A DNA stretch of 64,000 bases from Candidatus Altimarinota bacterium (GCA_046314355.1 JBKBWQ010000001.1:1120001-1184000), one strand, 5' to 3'; positions 47,503-57,252 are shown, counted from the stretch's first letter. Program-made: numbers and translations. Notes: a model not told the origin generated them from the sequence alone.

Positions 47503-48780
47503 TTACTTCTTGAATTGTTCTCTTAAGTAGCTAAGTGCCTTATCAAGCTGAGGGTCTTTTTTATCTTTTCTATCTTGAAGACTTAGTGATACTTCTTCAT
47601 GAGGCGCAAGTCCTGCTTTCTTTCCATCAGCCTTATCTCCAACATTGTAGCCGTTTGGAGTGAACCATTTTGCAATCGTGATTCTAAGATAAGAACCGTC
47701 TGAGAGTGGCTCTAATTCCTGAACAGATCCTTTTCCATAGCTGTTTGTACCTATAATGTGCGCTCTATTGTTATCTTTCAATGCTGCAGCAACGATCTCC
47801 GCTGCTGAGGCAGTCTGTTCATTCTGTAATACTACGAGAGGGAATTTTCCAAGTCTCGCTCCTCCCTTTGCTGATTTCTCCTGAAATGAATCTGCTTTTG
47901 TACCACGTGTAGTTACTATCTTACCTTGCTCAAGGAACATAGATGCTACATCTGCAGAGGCATCAAGGTATCCGCCTCCATCATCTCTAAGATCAAGTAT
48001 GATTCCTCTTGGAGGAGTAAGAAGAAGCTTATTTACTATCATATTTAATTCACTGACTGTTGATTCAGAAAATTTTGCTACCTTAATATATGCTATCTGT
48101 CCTTCATCCTTTGATTCATATGTAACGCTTGGAACTCTGATCTCCTCTCTTTGTATTGTAAAATCAAGCGGCTGAGTTTCATTTTTTCGTATTACTGTCA
48201 CTTTAACAGAAGTACCTTTTTTTCCTCTAATCTTTTCGACAGCCGTGTAGAGAGTAAAATCTACAACAGATTCATCATTAATCTTATATATAATGTCTCC
48301 TGGCAGTATACCTGCTTTTTCAGCAGGAGTACCCTTAAGAGTAGCAACTACAGTAAGTACGCCTCCTTCACCTTCAGTAAGCTCTGCACCTATGCCTTCA
48401 AGCTCACCGTTAAGCGAAGTATTGAATTCCTTTGATTCTTCGGGTGTAAGAAAATATGTATATGGATCACCTACTGCATTGGCGATGCCTTTTGTTGCAC
48501 CGTAGAGCATATCCTTATCGGAGACTTCCTTTCCATCAGGATGCTCAGTGCGGAGTCTATTCCAGACTTCCCAAAATATTTTCATCTGGGAGCTTGCCTG
48601 ATCTGCGTTAAGTGAAATGCTCTTTTCTTCAGGAACAGTAGTGCCTGAAGTAGTACTTACTTGAGTAACGGCTGGAGTATCTTTATTCTCTGCGGAGCTG
48701 CCGATACCGATACCAAGGAAAAGTGTAAGTACGGGGAGAAGTAGAAGAGTGACTAATTGTTGTGGACTAGATGGACGCAT
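47503..48780 (-). CDS. ctpA: S41 carboxyl-terminal processing protease (PDZ)
   Basis: DPYT, GIGA PDZ, LDLRDDGGG, TASAAEI, GKGSVQ, DPQL. Confidence 0.93.
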   Translation of the reverse strand: MRPSSPQQLVTLLLLPVLTLFLGIGIGSSAENKDTPAVTQVSTTSGTTVPEEKSISLNADQASSQMKIFWEVWNRLRTEHPDGKEVSDKDMLYGATKGIANAVGDPYTYFLTPEESKEFNTSLNGELEGIGAELTEGEGGVLTVVATLKGTPAEKAGILPGDIIYKINDESVVDFTLYTAVEKIRGKKGTSVKVTVIRKNETQPLDFTIQREEIRVPSVTYESKDEGQIAYIKVAKFSESTVSELNMIVNKLLLTPPRGIILDLRDDGGGYLDASADVASMFLEQGKIVTTRGTKADSFQEKSAKGGARLGKFPLVVLQNEQTASAAEIVAAALKDNNRAHIIGTNSYGKGSVQELEPLSDGSYLRITIAKWFTPNGYNVGDKADGKKAGLAPHEEVSLSLQDRKDKKDPQLDKALSYLREQFKK

Positions 48781-48973
48781 GGAAAAATATATCACGAAGC
48801 ATGATTCTCATACCTCAATGTAAGTTATACGCAGAGTTTACACGGCTTGTGTTTAAAAAGCAAAAATAAAGTTTGAGGATTATTTTGACATTTTTTATAT
48901 AAAAGAGCATATGTAAAATGTAAAAACTAGTGTGCCACCTCATCACCTCAAAGTATATTTTAACCATCTATGT

Positions 48974-49351
48974 ATGGATTCAAAACGTCTTGTGGGTATG
49001 AATGGTGAATCACTTGCATGTACCTTTCTTGAAAAAAAGGGGTATCAGATACTTGATAGAAATTTTTCAAGCAGGTACGGTGAACTTGATATCATTGCAA
49101 AAAAAGAAGATGAATATGTGTTTGTTGAAGTAAAGACAAGAAGTCAATGGTCTGCAAAGATGGTCAGCGGAGAGGAATCTGTGACCTCTGCTAAGAGAAA
49201 AAGAATGCTGCAGACCATTCAAGTGTACTTTGCAAAGAAAAATTTTGAGTTTGAAATACCATGGAGATGTGATGTTATAGTAATTGAAGTTCACAGGCAT
49301 CATTATAGAATCATACATTACCCTTACGCATTTGAAGTCTATATTTCATAA
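48974..49351 (+). CDS. yraN: YraN (UPF0102) PD-(D/E)xK nuclease-like protein
   Basis: G..GE..A..FL...GY.I..RN....GELDII...VFVEVKTR. Confidence 0.93.
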   Translation: MDSKRLVGMNGESLACTFLEKKGYQILDRNFSSRYGELDIIAKKEDEYVFVEVKTRSQWSAKMVSGEESVTSAKRKRMLQTIQVYFAKKNFEFEIPWRCDVIVIEVHRHHYRIIHYPYAFEVYIS

Positions 49352-50498
49352 AACAGTACTCATCACACGTTTCCCCTACGAAGCGATTCTTTCTGGTGAA
49401 GAATGGCATACTATTACGATGGCGGAGAGTCTAAGAACCCGGGGATGGAGAGTGATCTTTATGGGAAGCTGTCCGGTACTCACTATAGAGTTCAAAAAGA
49501 GAGATTTTGAAGTACATGAGGTGTGGGGGGGAACACTTCCTGTTACAAAGCCAGCACTGATAGTGTTCTTTTTAATTTGGCCAGTTATATTACTGAAGCT
49601 GCTTCTATGTTTCAGAAGGATAGATAAAATTCACTCAATAGATAGTATCTACATGCTTTCTCTTACCGAGAAAGTGCTGATGACTCCTGTATTAAAATAT
49701 TTGAAAAAAACAGTACTGTGGGTGGAGCACCAACGTTTTGGAAAATGGATGTATCTCAACCCATTGCGGTATTTATACACGTTACTAGCCAAGAAGGTAG
49801 ATGTAGTGGGAGTAAGTCCGATGCATGTAGATCAGCTTAAATTTTTGAAGATCCCTAAGCGGCAGCTGCACTGTATTACAAATGGTATTGATACTGATTT
49901 CTTTTCGCCTGAGGGGGAATGTATAAGGGTACCTGAGGAAGCTGAATTTGTAATTGGTACTCTCGCAAGATACTATGAAGATAAAGGATTAGATATACTG
50001 ATAAAAGCTTTTGGACTACTTTTAGAGGCACATCCAAAATGGAATGTTCATCTTGTGATACAAGGTGAAGGTCCATTGGAAGATGAACTGAAAGCTTTAG
50101 TAATGACAGGAAAAATAGAGAAAAATGTACATTTTCTCATACCCTATACTCTTGTACCAAGAGAGAAGACACCTGCGCTCTATAGAGGAATGGATGTCTG
50201 TGTACTGCCTTCACGTGCACAAGATCCTTTTGGACTTGTGGCTGCCGAAGCAATGTCCACTGAAACTCCAACTATTGTCACAGATGTATGTGGAATATCT
50301 GTCTTTATGAAAAATAATGAAGACGCGATTATCGTTCCAGCCGGAAGTGTCTTAGCTTTAAAGGAAGCTATTGAACTTCTTTTGTCTGATGAAGACTTAA
50401 GAAAGAAATTGGGGAAAGCGGGAAGAAAAACAGCTGTAGAAAAGTTTTCACTAGATAGGATGGTAGGTGAGTATGAAAAACTTCTAGAGAAAGAATAG
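49332..50498 (+). CDS. Glycosyltransferase family 4
   Basis: ITNGID, KG.DIL, VLPS...DPFGLVAAEAM; start uncertain (TTG 49284 or 49332), overlaps yraN. Confidence 0.92.
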   Translation: MKSIFHKTVLITRFPYEAILSGEEWHTITMAESLRTRGWRVIFMGSCPVLTIEFKKRDFEVHEVWGGTLPVTKPALIVFFLIWPVILLKLLLCFRRIDKIHSIDSIYMLSLTEKVLMTPVLKYLKKTVLWVEHQRFGKWMYLNPLRYLYTLLAKKVDVVGVSPMHVDQLKFLKIPKRQLHCITNGIDTDFFSPEGECIRVPEEAEFVIGTLARYYEDKGLDILIKAFGLLLEAHPKWNVHLVIQGEGPLEDELKALVMTGKIEKNVHFLIPYTLVPREKTPALYRGMDVCVLPSRAQDPFGLVAAEAMSTETPTIVTDVCGISVFMKNNEDAIIVPAGSVLALKEAIELLLSDEDLRKKLGKAGRKTAVEKFSLDRMVGEYEKLLEKE

Positions 50499-50543
50499 TT
50501 TGATTTGATGAGAGCTCTTCAGTACAATGCAAAGCGTCCATGT

Positions 50544-50619
50544 GATCCCGTAGTTAAACCGGATATAGCGGCAGTTTCCTAAACTGCAATTCTGGGTTCG
50601 ATTCCCGGCGGGGTCACCA
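50544..50619 (+). tRNA. tRNA-Arg (CCT)
   Basis: GATCCCG...CGGGGTCACCA acceptor stem; anticodon arm GCAGT-TTCCTAA-ACTGC; GGTTCGATT T-loop. Confidence 0.95.
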
Positions 50620-50766
50620 TTCTTCGCTTCTCACGAAGCTACGTATGGCACGGCCAGAATGGAATGAATCTTCGCAGGCGAAGATTTTTTTTAATATAGA
50701 GCGAAGAATGTCCCTCGTAGCCTGCACCTGAACTATAAGTGTTTGGTTCTTCTTGGCGAAGAGGGA
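50618..50766. repeat. Nested palindromic REP-like element downstream of tRNA-Arg, enclosing a terminator
   Basis: 11-bp inverted repeat CATTCTTCGCT/AGCGAAGAATG; GCTACG/CGTAGC; terminator AATCTTCGC-AG-GCGAAGATTTTTTTT at 50667-50692. Confidence 0.6.
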
Positions 50767-51002
50767 TGCCCAGGCATAAAGCATTGATGTATTTTTGTAC
50801 CCTGATGAGTCTATCGCAGTTCTTTTGTGATATACATCGTAAAAAAATTTATCCCTAACTACTAACTACTCTCACTATCACTCACACTCCCGAGCCTGTG
50901 CATGCCTCTGTAGTAATATTTTAATAACACTTCCACTCCAGCTTATCTTCCCATGAGGCGGATCCTTGTCTATGCTCAGTATAGTATTTTTTTCTGCTAT
51001 TT

Positions 51003-51653
51003 ATGAAACAGCTTCCTCTTTCCTCCCGTCCTCGGGAGAAGTTTAAAAACGTTGGTACTGCGGGGTTAAGTATGCAGGAGCTGCTGTGTATTCTTATTGG
51101 AAGCGGTACGAAGGGGTATCCTGTGGATAGGATTGCGAAAGAGATAGAGCAGAGTATTGATATGAATAAGAGATGTATTATGTTTGAGAAGGTGAGGAAA
51201 ATTAAAGGACTTGGTCCCTCAAAGCGTATGATGATTGAAGCTGTGCTGGAAATAGGGAAGAGATTATTTGCTCCTGTAGATTTTAATATCCAGATTATCA
51301 GAACGACTGAGGATGTTCTGCCTTTTCTTAAAGAGTATGCTCTGCTTCGTCAAGAACACCTTATCTGCCTTTATCTTAATGCACGTCATGAGCTTTTAGA
51401 GAAACGGGTTGTGACAAAAGGAACGCTTACTATGAGCCTTATTCATCCGAGAGAAGTATTTGCTCCTGCATTATCTCTGGGAGCTGTAAGTATTATTATT
51501 GCTCACAATCATCCAAGCGGATCACTGGAACCGTCACATGCAGATAAAACCGTCACTGGAGTATTATCCGATGCAGGAAAACTGCTTGGAATAGAGCTCC
51601 TTGATCATATTATTGTAAGTAAAGAAGGATGGAAGAGTATTCTTTTTAATTAG
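51003..51653 (+). CDS. radC: RadC/JAB domain protein
   Basis: RPREK, ELL.ILIGSG, HPREVF, AHNHPSG...S..D, LLDHII. Confidence 0.95.
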   Translation: MKQLPLSSRPREKFKNVGTAGLSMQELLCILIGSGTKGYPVDRIAKEIEQSIDMNKRCIMFEKVRKIKGLGPSKRMMIEAVLEIGKRLFAPVDFNIQIIRTTEDVLPFLKEYALLRQEHLICLYLNARHELLEKRVVTKGTLTMSLIHPREVFAPALSLGAVSIIIAHNHPSGSLEPSHADKTVTGVLSDAGKLLGIELLDHIIVSKEGWKSILFN

Positions 51654-51740
51654 TAAAAAAATATATATAAAAGTATTTGTCAAATGCGTATAAAATATGT
51701 TATTATACAACGAATATAATATTAAACAAATATATATACA

Positions 51741-54332
51741 ATGGCGGAGCGGAAAAAAACAATCACTACCCAACTCATCAATAAAGTACTTAATGTATCT
51801 AAAAATGAATGGGGACGCATTCTTGAGGCATGGATGCTTCGTATCTTTTTTCAGATAGGGTTTGTTATCGGATGGACGATGATGACAGCTATGGTGGTAA
51901 ACGAGTTAGGAATTACATTCCTGCCATATCTCTATGTGGTGAATGGCGCTTTTATTGTGATGGGTACCCTCATCTTCTCACGGCTTATTTATGTTCTGAA
52001 AAACAGAACGTTGATTATTACAGCCTCTCTTCTTTCAGCTCTTGTGCTGCTTATCGCAGTAGTTTTATTTAAGCATCATTCTATATATTTTCTTCTGCTT
52101 GCTCTCTTTAGTATCTCTATATTTGCTACCCAGGTAAATATTCTACTTCTTGGATTTATTGAAGAGCTATTCTCGCCTATTGAAAACCAGCGTGCTAATC
52201 CTCTTATCGAGACCTCTGAACCTATTGGAGGTATTATTGCCGGTATTATTCTCTCGACGCTTGCAGGAAAGATTCACGTGACAAGTTTCACTTATTTCTG
52301 GATAGTATTTACTCTAGCTGTTATTCCTATTCTTTTGTTTTTCTATCATAAAAAACATAAGTTTATCAAAATCCTTTCAAAGAAGGATATGGCGGAACAT
52401 GCACAAAAGGAAAATAAAATGAAGAAAGGTCTGCAGCATATTAAGGCTATGCCTTTTGTGAAGGGACTCGTTGTGGTGGTTTTCTGTCAGTGGATGTTTG
52501 TGAATATTATGAATTACCAATATACGAAGGCTGTGGATTCCAATCTTTCTCATGGCTCTGGTCATGAAACTACAGCTGTACATGACACAAAAGCTTCTGC
52601 TTCCCATGAGGATACTTCTCATGATAAACCTGTAGACTCTGCACATAAAGAGAGTACAGAAAAAGATCATGCTGCTGAGTCTGATACGCATGCATCAGCA
52701 CCTCTAAGAGACTATAATGAGCCTCCCGTTGCTGAGGCTTCCCATGAAGATGCCCTTACTCACGGTCTCGGAACACTGCATATTATGTTCTCTGTATTTA
52801 TGCTCCTTACACAGCTTTTTGTCTCAAGCCGTGCGGTTAACAGAATGGGAATTGTACGTTCTCTTGAAATACTTCCTGGTCTTTCTCTCCTCAACGTTGT
52901 TGCCATGCTCTTTAACTTTACTTTCTTTACAGCAGTTCTTTCAAAGGCGATCTATGAAATCACGCTGGTGCTTTCAAATAATGCATATCATAACTCATAT
53001 TATGCGGTCTATGAAAGCATACGTGAGCAGATAAGAGAGTTCCTTGAGGGAATGGTGCGTCCGCTTGGTGTAATTGCTGGAACACTCCTCCTTATTATTC
53101 TTCAGTTTACAGTTGGTCTAGCTTATATTGATACTGTTATTACTGTGGTAATGGGTGTGATACTCATTATTATGATCTGGACTTTATATTCAATGCAGGA
53201 TAGATATACACAGCTTTCAAAGAAGAATCTTGATATTATTGGAGAACATCCTGAAAAATTTAATGCCATAGAAATCTTATCTCAGCAGGGACATAAGGAG
53301 GCAAGCATGATCCTTACAAAGAATCTTATTTTCAAAAAAGAAACACCTCGTACAAAGGTCCGCATTCTAAAGGCTTTAGCTATCTTGAAGGATGAAGAAT
53401 CTCTTCCTGAGATACTTACTTGTCTCGAAGATGAGAGTCTTGATGTACGGATACAGGCTTGTAAGACACTTGCTGCATTCAAAAACTTAGGTACGAAGTT
53501 CTATACACAGGCCTTTTCAAAATTTAGAGTAATGACAGTATTATCTGAGACTTTTAAAAGAGAACACTCTAGAGAGTTGAAGCTTGCAATCATAAATGTA
53601 TTTGCAAGTATTCACCATAGCGATATTGTGCCATTTCTCCTGGAATGTCTGGAGAGTGAGTCTGATGAGTTTAAGGCTGATATTATCTATATCATAGGAA
53701 TGTTTAATGATATCAATGCAGGCTCATACATCGAAAAATATCTGGAAAATGAAGATCCAATGATCAAGGCAAATACTATTATTGCTTTATGGAGATTCAA
53801 AAAATACCGTCTTAAACTTCTGATACATCTTACAGCCATGCTCGATGATGAGAATGATAAAGCAAGAGTGCTTGCCGGTATATTTGTACTAGGTGAGACT
53901 CAATCAATCCAGGAAGCACCACGTCTCTTTCAGTATCTGGAGTCAGAAGATCAGGAGATAAAGCTTTATGCAGCAGTGGCGCTTGCGAAGCTTGGATATC
54001 AGGAAGCTATAGATCCGCTTCTTATGTTTATGATTAGTGAAGACCATGCTATTGCGCAGAAGACAAAGGAACTCTTGATGTATGTGGATGAAAAGTTTAT
54101 GAAGTTCTTTAGATCTCATCTTGAACAGCATATACATATACTTATCTCAAATGACTTTGGAGATAAGAGACATATATCTACTGAGGAGATTACTCTGCAC
54201 CAGCTGGATAAGCTTAAATACTACTATAATCTTCTTGAGTACGATCAGGGTATATTGAGAATCGAGAAGGTGCTGGATGAGAAAAAGAAAGGAGAGAGTG
54301 GACTAGTTAGTCTGCATACGACGAAGACATAG
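51741..54332 (+). CDS. NTT/TLC (ATP/ADP translocase)-like MFS transporter fused to HEAT repeats
   Basis: ~12 TM segments; G..FLPYLY, ELFSP...QR..PLI....PIGGI.AG, ..FLEG.VRPLG; C-terminal L.DE...VR..A...L HEAT-like repeats. Confidence 0.75.
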   Translation: MAERKKTITTQLINKVLNVSKNEWGRILEAWMLRIFFQIGFVIGWTMMTAMVVNELGITFLPYLYVVNGAFIVMGTLIFSRLIYVLKNRTLIITASLLSALVLLIAVVLFKHHSIYFLLLALFSISIFATQVNILLLGFIEELFSPIENQRANPLIETSEPIGGIIAGIILSTLAGKIHVTSFTYFWIVFTLAVIPILLFFYHKKHKFIKILSKKDMAEHAQKENKMKKGLQHIKAMPFVKGLVVVVFCQWMFVNIMNYQYTKAVDSNLSHGSGHETTAVHDTKASASHEDTSHDKPVDSAHKESTEKDHAAESDTHASAPLRDYNEPPVAEASHEDALTHGLGTLHIMFSVFMLLTQLFVSSRAVNRMGIVRSLEILPGLSLLNVVAMLFNFTFFTAVLSKAIYEITLVLSNNAYHNSYYAVYESIREQIREFLEGMVRPLGVIAGTLLLIILQFTVGLAYIDTVITVVMGVILIIMIWTLYSMQDRYTQLSKKNLDIIGEHPEKFNAIEILSQQGHKEASMILTKNLIFKKETPRTKVRILKALAILKDEESLPEILTCLEDESLDVRIQACKTLAAFKNLGTKFYTQAFSKFRVMTVLSETFKREHSRELKLAIINVFASIHHSDIVPFLLECLESESDEFKADIIYIIGMFNDINAGSYIEKYLENEDPMIKANTIIALWRFKKYRLKLLIHLTAMLDDENDKARVLAGIFVLGETQSIQEAPRLFQYLESEDQEIKLYAAVALAKLGYQEAIDPLLMFMISEDHAIAQKTKELLMYVDEKFMKFFRSHLEQHIHILISNDFGDKRHISTEEITLHQLDKLKYYYNLLEYDQGILRIEKVLDEKKKGESGLVSLHTTKT

Positions 54333-54333
54333 A

Positions 54334-55041
54334 CTAAAGAAGTTTATAAGAAATACGGACAATACCTTTTTTGGAGCTAATCTTTGTGATCTGCATCCCT
54401 CCAACCTCCCCCGAGTGGCTTATATGAGTGCCTCCGCACCCAACCTCTTTGTATCCTGCAAAAGTTATCGTTCTTCCTTCTTTGCCGGCAGGAATGGAAA
54501 TCTCTTTTTGTTTACATTGCTTAGGACTTAATATTTCCTTGTGTACAGGAATATTTGCTTGGATTAAATTCTGTGTTTCCTGATTAAGAAGATCTTTTAC
54601 TTCATCAGTGTTCTCTAGGGATCCAAAATATTCTACATAGGGAGAATCTGCAAAATGGTAGCTTCTGCTATGTGGGAAATGATATCCTAGACTATCCATG
54701 GCAATATATAAAAGGTGACCAGCAGAGTGGTTTCGTGCATTGAGAATTCGTCTCTCCTGATTAATTGAAAGAGATACAGAAGATCCTGTTTGTGCTCTTT
54801 CTCCCTGCCAAGTTCCGTAATGAAGTACTTCACCTTCATCATTTAAACGTGTATCTGTGACATGATATACTGCCTTTAAGTATGCAATGGTTCCATGATC
54901 TGCAGGCTGCCCGCCGCCTTGCGGATAAAAAATTGTTTGATCTAGGATAAGGGCATGCCCTTTATCTGTCTCAAGTTCTTTTAAAATTACCGCTGAGGAT
55001 TCAAAAAGATATGTATCTTCAAGATAAAGGGCTTTTGTCAT
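54334..55041 (-). CDS. alaX: AlaX-type alanyl-tRNA editing protein
   Basis: LDQTIFYPQGGGQPAD.G, HSAGHLL (HxxxH), CGGTH; track start 55140. Confidence 0.92.
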   Translation of the reverse strand: MTKALYLEDTYLFESSAVILKELETDKGHALILDQTIFYPQGGGQPADHGTIAYLKAVYHVTDTRLNDEGEVLHYGTWQGERAQTGSSVSLSINQERRILNARNHSAGHLLYIAMDSLGYHFPHSRSYHFADSPYVEYFGSLENTDEVKDLLNQETQNLIQANIPVHKEILSPKQCKQKEISIPAGKEGRTITFAGYKEVGCGGTHISHSGEVGGMQITKISSKKGIVRISYKLL

Positions 55042-55084
55042 AGGAGAATAGTAGTATCTAAGATAACTGAATGATATATGTGTA

Positions 55085-55136
55085 TTGCCTGAATAATCAA
55101 TACTAGATATAGTAAAAGCATCAACAGTAACTACTG
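55085..55136 (+). promoter_or_regulatory. Promoter and candidate operator of the TrmB-family regulator
   Basis: TTGCCT-17 bp-TATAGT; inverted repeat CAGTA-AC-TACTG at 55125-55136. Confidence 0.5.
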
Positions 55137-55141
55137 ACAAT

Positions 55142-55876
55142 ATGAATGATTATCTTCAAACACTCGGATTTAGTGAAAAAGAAACAAAAGTATACTTAGC
55201 TCTTGTGGAGCTTGGGATGCAGGCAGGATCTACTATTGCGCGGACTACTGGTCTATCTAAATCCACAGTCCTTTTCCTGCTTGATGGATTAGCGAAGCGG
55301 GGTATTGTACAGAAATCTCACAGGGGGAAAGTGCAGTATTATTTTGCAGATCCGAAGGATTTAATGATCACAGAACAGACAGTGTTAAAAGGGAAAACTG
55401 AAGCACTTAATAAAATAATTCCCTTGCTCACAGAACTGAAGTCTCCGTTCAGTGCATTACCAAAGGTAACATTTTTTGAAGGCATAGAAGGCTGTAGAAA
55501 AATCTACTGGCAGCTTCTTGATTCGAAGACTGAGATACTTGAATTTGGTGTACATAGCGATCTTGTACAAAAATTTGGAGAAAAATTTATGAATGAGTTT
55601 ATAGAAGAAAGAGTAAAGCGAAAATTGTTTCTAAGAGCTTTAGCGCAGGAGGATCCAATTGAAAAGATCTTACAGAATCTAGATAAAAAGCAGTGCCGTG
55701 AAATCAGACTATTCTCAGGAGAATTTGGGAGACTCTACTCATCCGTAGCAATCTTTGAGGAAAAGGTATTACTGCTGAATCTCTTTCGGGATGCCTTTGG
55801 TATATTGATAGAAAATCCGGAGTTTTCGAAAACAATGAGAACTATATTTGAAGTTCAATGGAGTTTAGTGAAGTGA
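55142..55876 (+). CDS. TrmB-family transcriptional regulator
   Basis: L..LGFS.KE.KVYLAL.ELG wHTH; PKVTFFEG.EG; PLD-like effector domain ...GILIEN. Confidence 0.92.
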   Translation: MNDYLQTLGFSEKETKVYLALVELGMQAGSTIARTTGLSKSTVLFLLDGLAKRGIVQKSHRGKVQYYFADPKDLMITEQTVLKGKTEALNKIIPLLTELKSPFSALPKVTFFEGIEGCRKIYWQLLDSKTEILEFGVHSDLVQKFGEKFMNEFIEERVKRKLFLRALAQEDPIEKILQNLDKKQCREIRLFSGEFGRLYSSVAIFEEKVLLLNLFRDAFGILIENPEFSKTMRTIFEVQWSLVK

Positions 55877-55877
55877 T

Positions 55878-56153
55878 CTACTGATTTTTATCCATGGAGA
55901 TACCTTGTTTCCGAATCCACCAAGACTTTAGAGGAGGAAGAGTGAGGGTTGAAAGAAAGTATCCAAGTACAGGAACACATGCATTCAAAAATACTGGCTC
56001 TGCATGGATAGTTTTCATGAAAAGACAGGCACATAGATATGTAATCAGCATAATGCTTAATTTTCTTGTCCAGCTGCCTTCCCATTTTTTATCTAATTCT
56101 ACTTTTTTATTTCGTAGCTTTATTTCTTGAAGGAATTCTTCAGTAGACTGCAT
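55878..56153 (-). CDS. Small conserved hypothetical membrane protein
   Basis: RNKKVELDKKWEGSWTR followed by two TM segments. Confidence 0.75.
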   Translation of the reverse strand: MQSTEEFLQEIKLRNKKVELDKKWEGSWTRKLSIMLITYLCACLFMKTIHAEPVFLNACVPVLGYFLSTLTLPPLKSWWIRKQGISMDKNQ

Positions 56154-56189
56154 AGGGGATTTGGTAAAAATGACAACTTTGTGCCGATT

Positions 56190-56435
56190 TTACATAAACA
56201 TCCGCACAAGTGCAATGATAGCTATAACTGCCCAAATTGCATTAAGCACCGCTGGCTGCCAGTCTTTTTTTAAAGACGCGATATAGAGAATACCAAAAGA
56301 ACCAGTGATATTGAGTATTTGGTACAAAATACTTTGCGTAGGAAGAACACCAAAGTTGTTGAGAGCAAATGCTCCAACTATTGCGACGGTGCCGTACCAT
56401 CCAATTGCTTCAGAAATGGTGCTATTGATCTTCAT
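56190..56435 (-). CDS. Small 3-TM membrane protein (CBU_0592/SemiSWEET-like)
   Basis: IGWYG, YQILNI.G, QPAVLN.IW. Confidence 0.78.
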   Translation of the reverse strand: MKINSTISEAIGWYGTVAIVGAFALNNFGVLPTQSILYQILNITGSFGILYIASLKKDWQPAVLNAIWAVIAIIALVRMFM

Positions 56436-56460
56436 AAGTGTAATTATAAATAATAAGATA

Positions 56461-57192
56461 CTATCCTATTGGTGGAGCTTGAAAAATAAGTCCAATTCCG
56501 TATCCGGAGAGTGCAGCAATAATTCCTATAACAGCAAGCTTGAGTCCGCTTGACCACCAGTTTCCAACCATCGAGATTGCTTTATATGCTCCAACTGCGA
56601 AGAGTGTAAGAGCAGATAGCACAAGTGCTATCCAAATCGATGGCTCTATTGAGAGAAAGAAGAATGGAAGCAGCGGTACAAATGAACCTACCATTGCAGA
56701 AAATCCTACAATAAATGATTCTACGATGAGCTCTTTTCTAGATACAGGTGAGAGATTAAGTTCCTCAGTCATCATTGTTTTCAGCCATATTGTTTTATCT
56801 TTTGTAATGGTATCTACGATTTGTTCTAAGAGTTCTCCTTTAAATCCTTTTTCTGCATATATTTCCCGGATCTCATCTTTTTCAATTTGAGGAATTTTTT
56901 CTATATGCTCTCCTTCTTTTTTCTTTTCTGCCAGATAGTAGTCATGCTCTGCCATCCCTGATGTATACGCGACAGCTCCCATAGATATGGACTCTGCAAA
57001 TGTGGCAGCAAGTCCTCCTGCGATCACTATACGTACATCATGAGATGCGGCAGCTACACCTAAAATAACACCAAGTACATTTACCAGACCGTCCTGACCT
57101 CCAAGAATAATATTTTTCACGAGCTTCCCTTGCTGAAGTTTATGTGGTGCTACACCATGATGTGTGTATTTATGGTCGCTTGTTTTTTCCAT
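56461..57192 (-). CDS. VIT1/CCC1 family Fe/Mn transporter
   Basis: ILGGQDGLV, A...SMG, E-rich cytosolic domain (EKDEIREIY...MMTEEL), PLLPF. Confidence 0.93.
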   Translation of the reverse strand: MEKTSDHKYTHHGVAPHKLQQGKLVKNIILGGQDGLVNVLGVILGVAAASHDVRIVIAGGLAATFAESISMGAVAYTSGMAEHDYYLAEKKKEGEHIEKIPQIEKDEIREIYAEKGFKGELLEQIVDTITKDKTIWLKTMMTEELNLSPVSRKELIVESFIVGFSAMVGSFVPLLPFFFLSIEPSIWIALVLSALTLFAVGAYKAISMVGNWWSSGLKLAVIGIIAALSGYGIGLIFQAPPIG

Positions 57193-57252
57193 GAATATAT
57201 ATAAAAAAAATCGTAGATGCTGAGAATATCAACATCTACGATTATAGCGCAT

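Noticed and set aside
50795-50830. Hammerhead ribozyme (CTGATGAG core)
   Set aside because: No matching GAAA element or stem II/III arrangement downstream.
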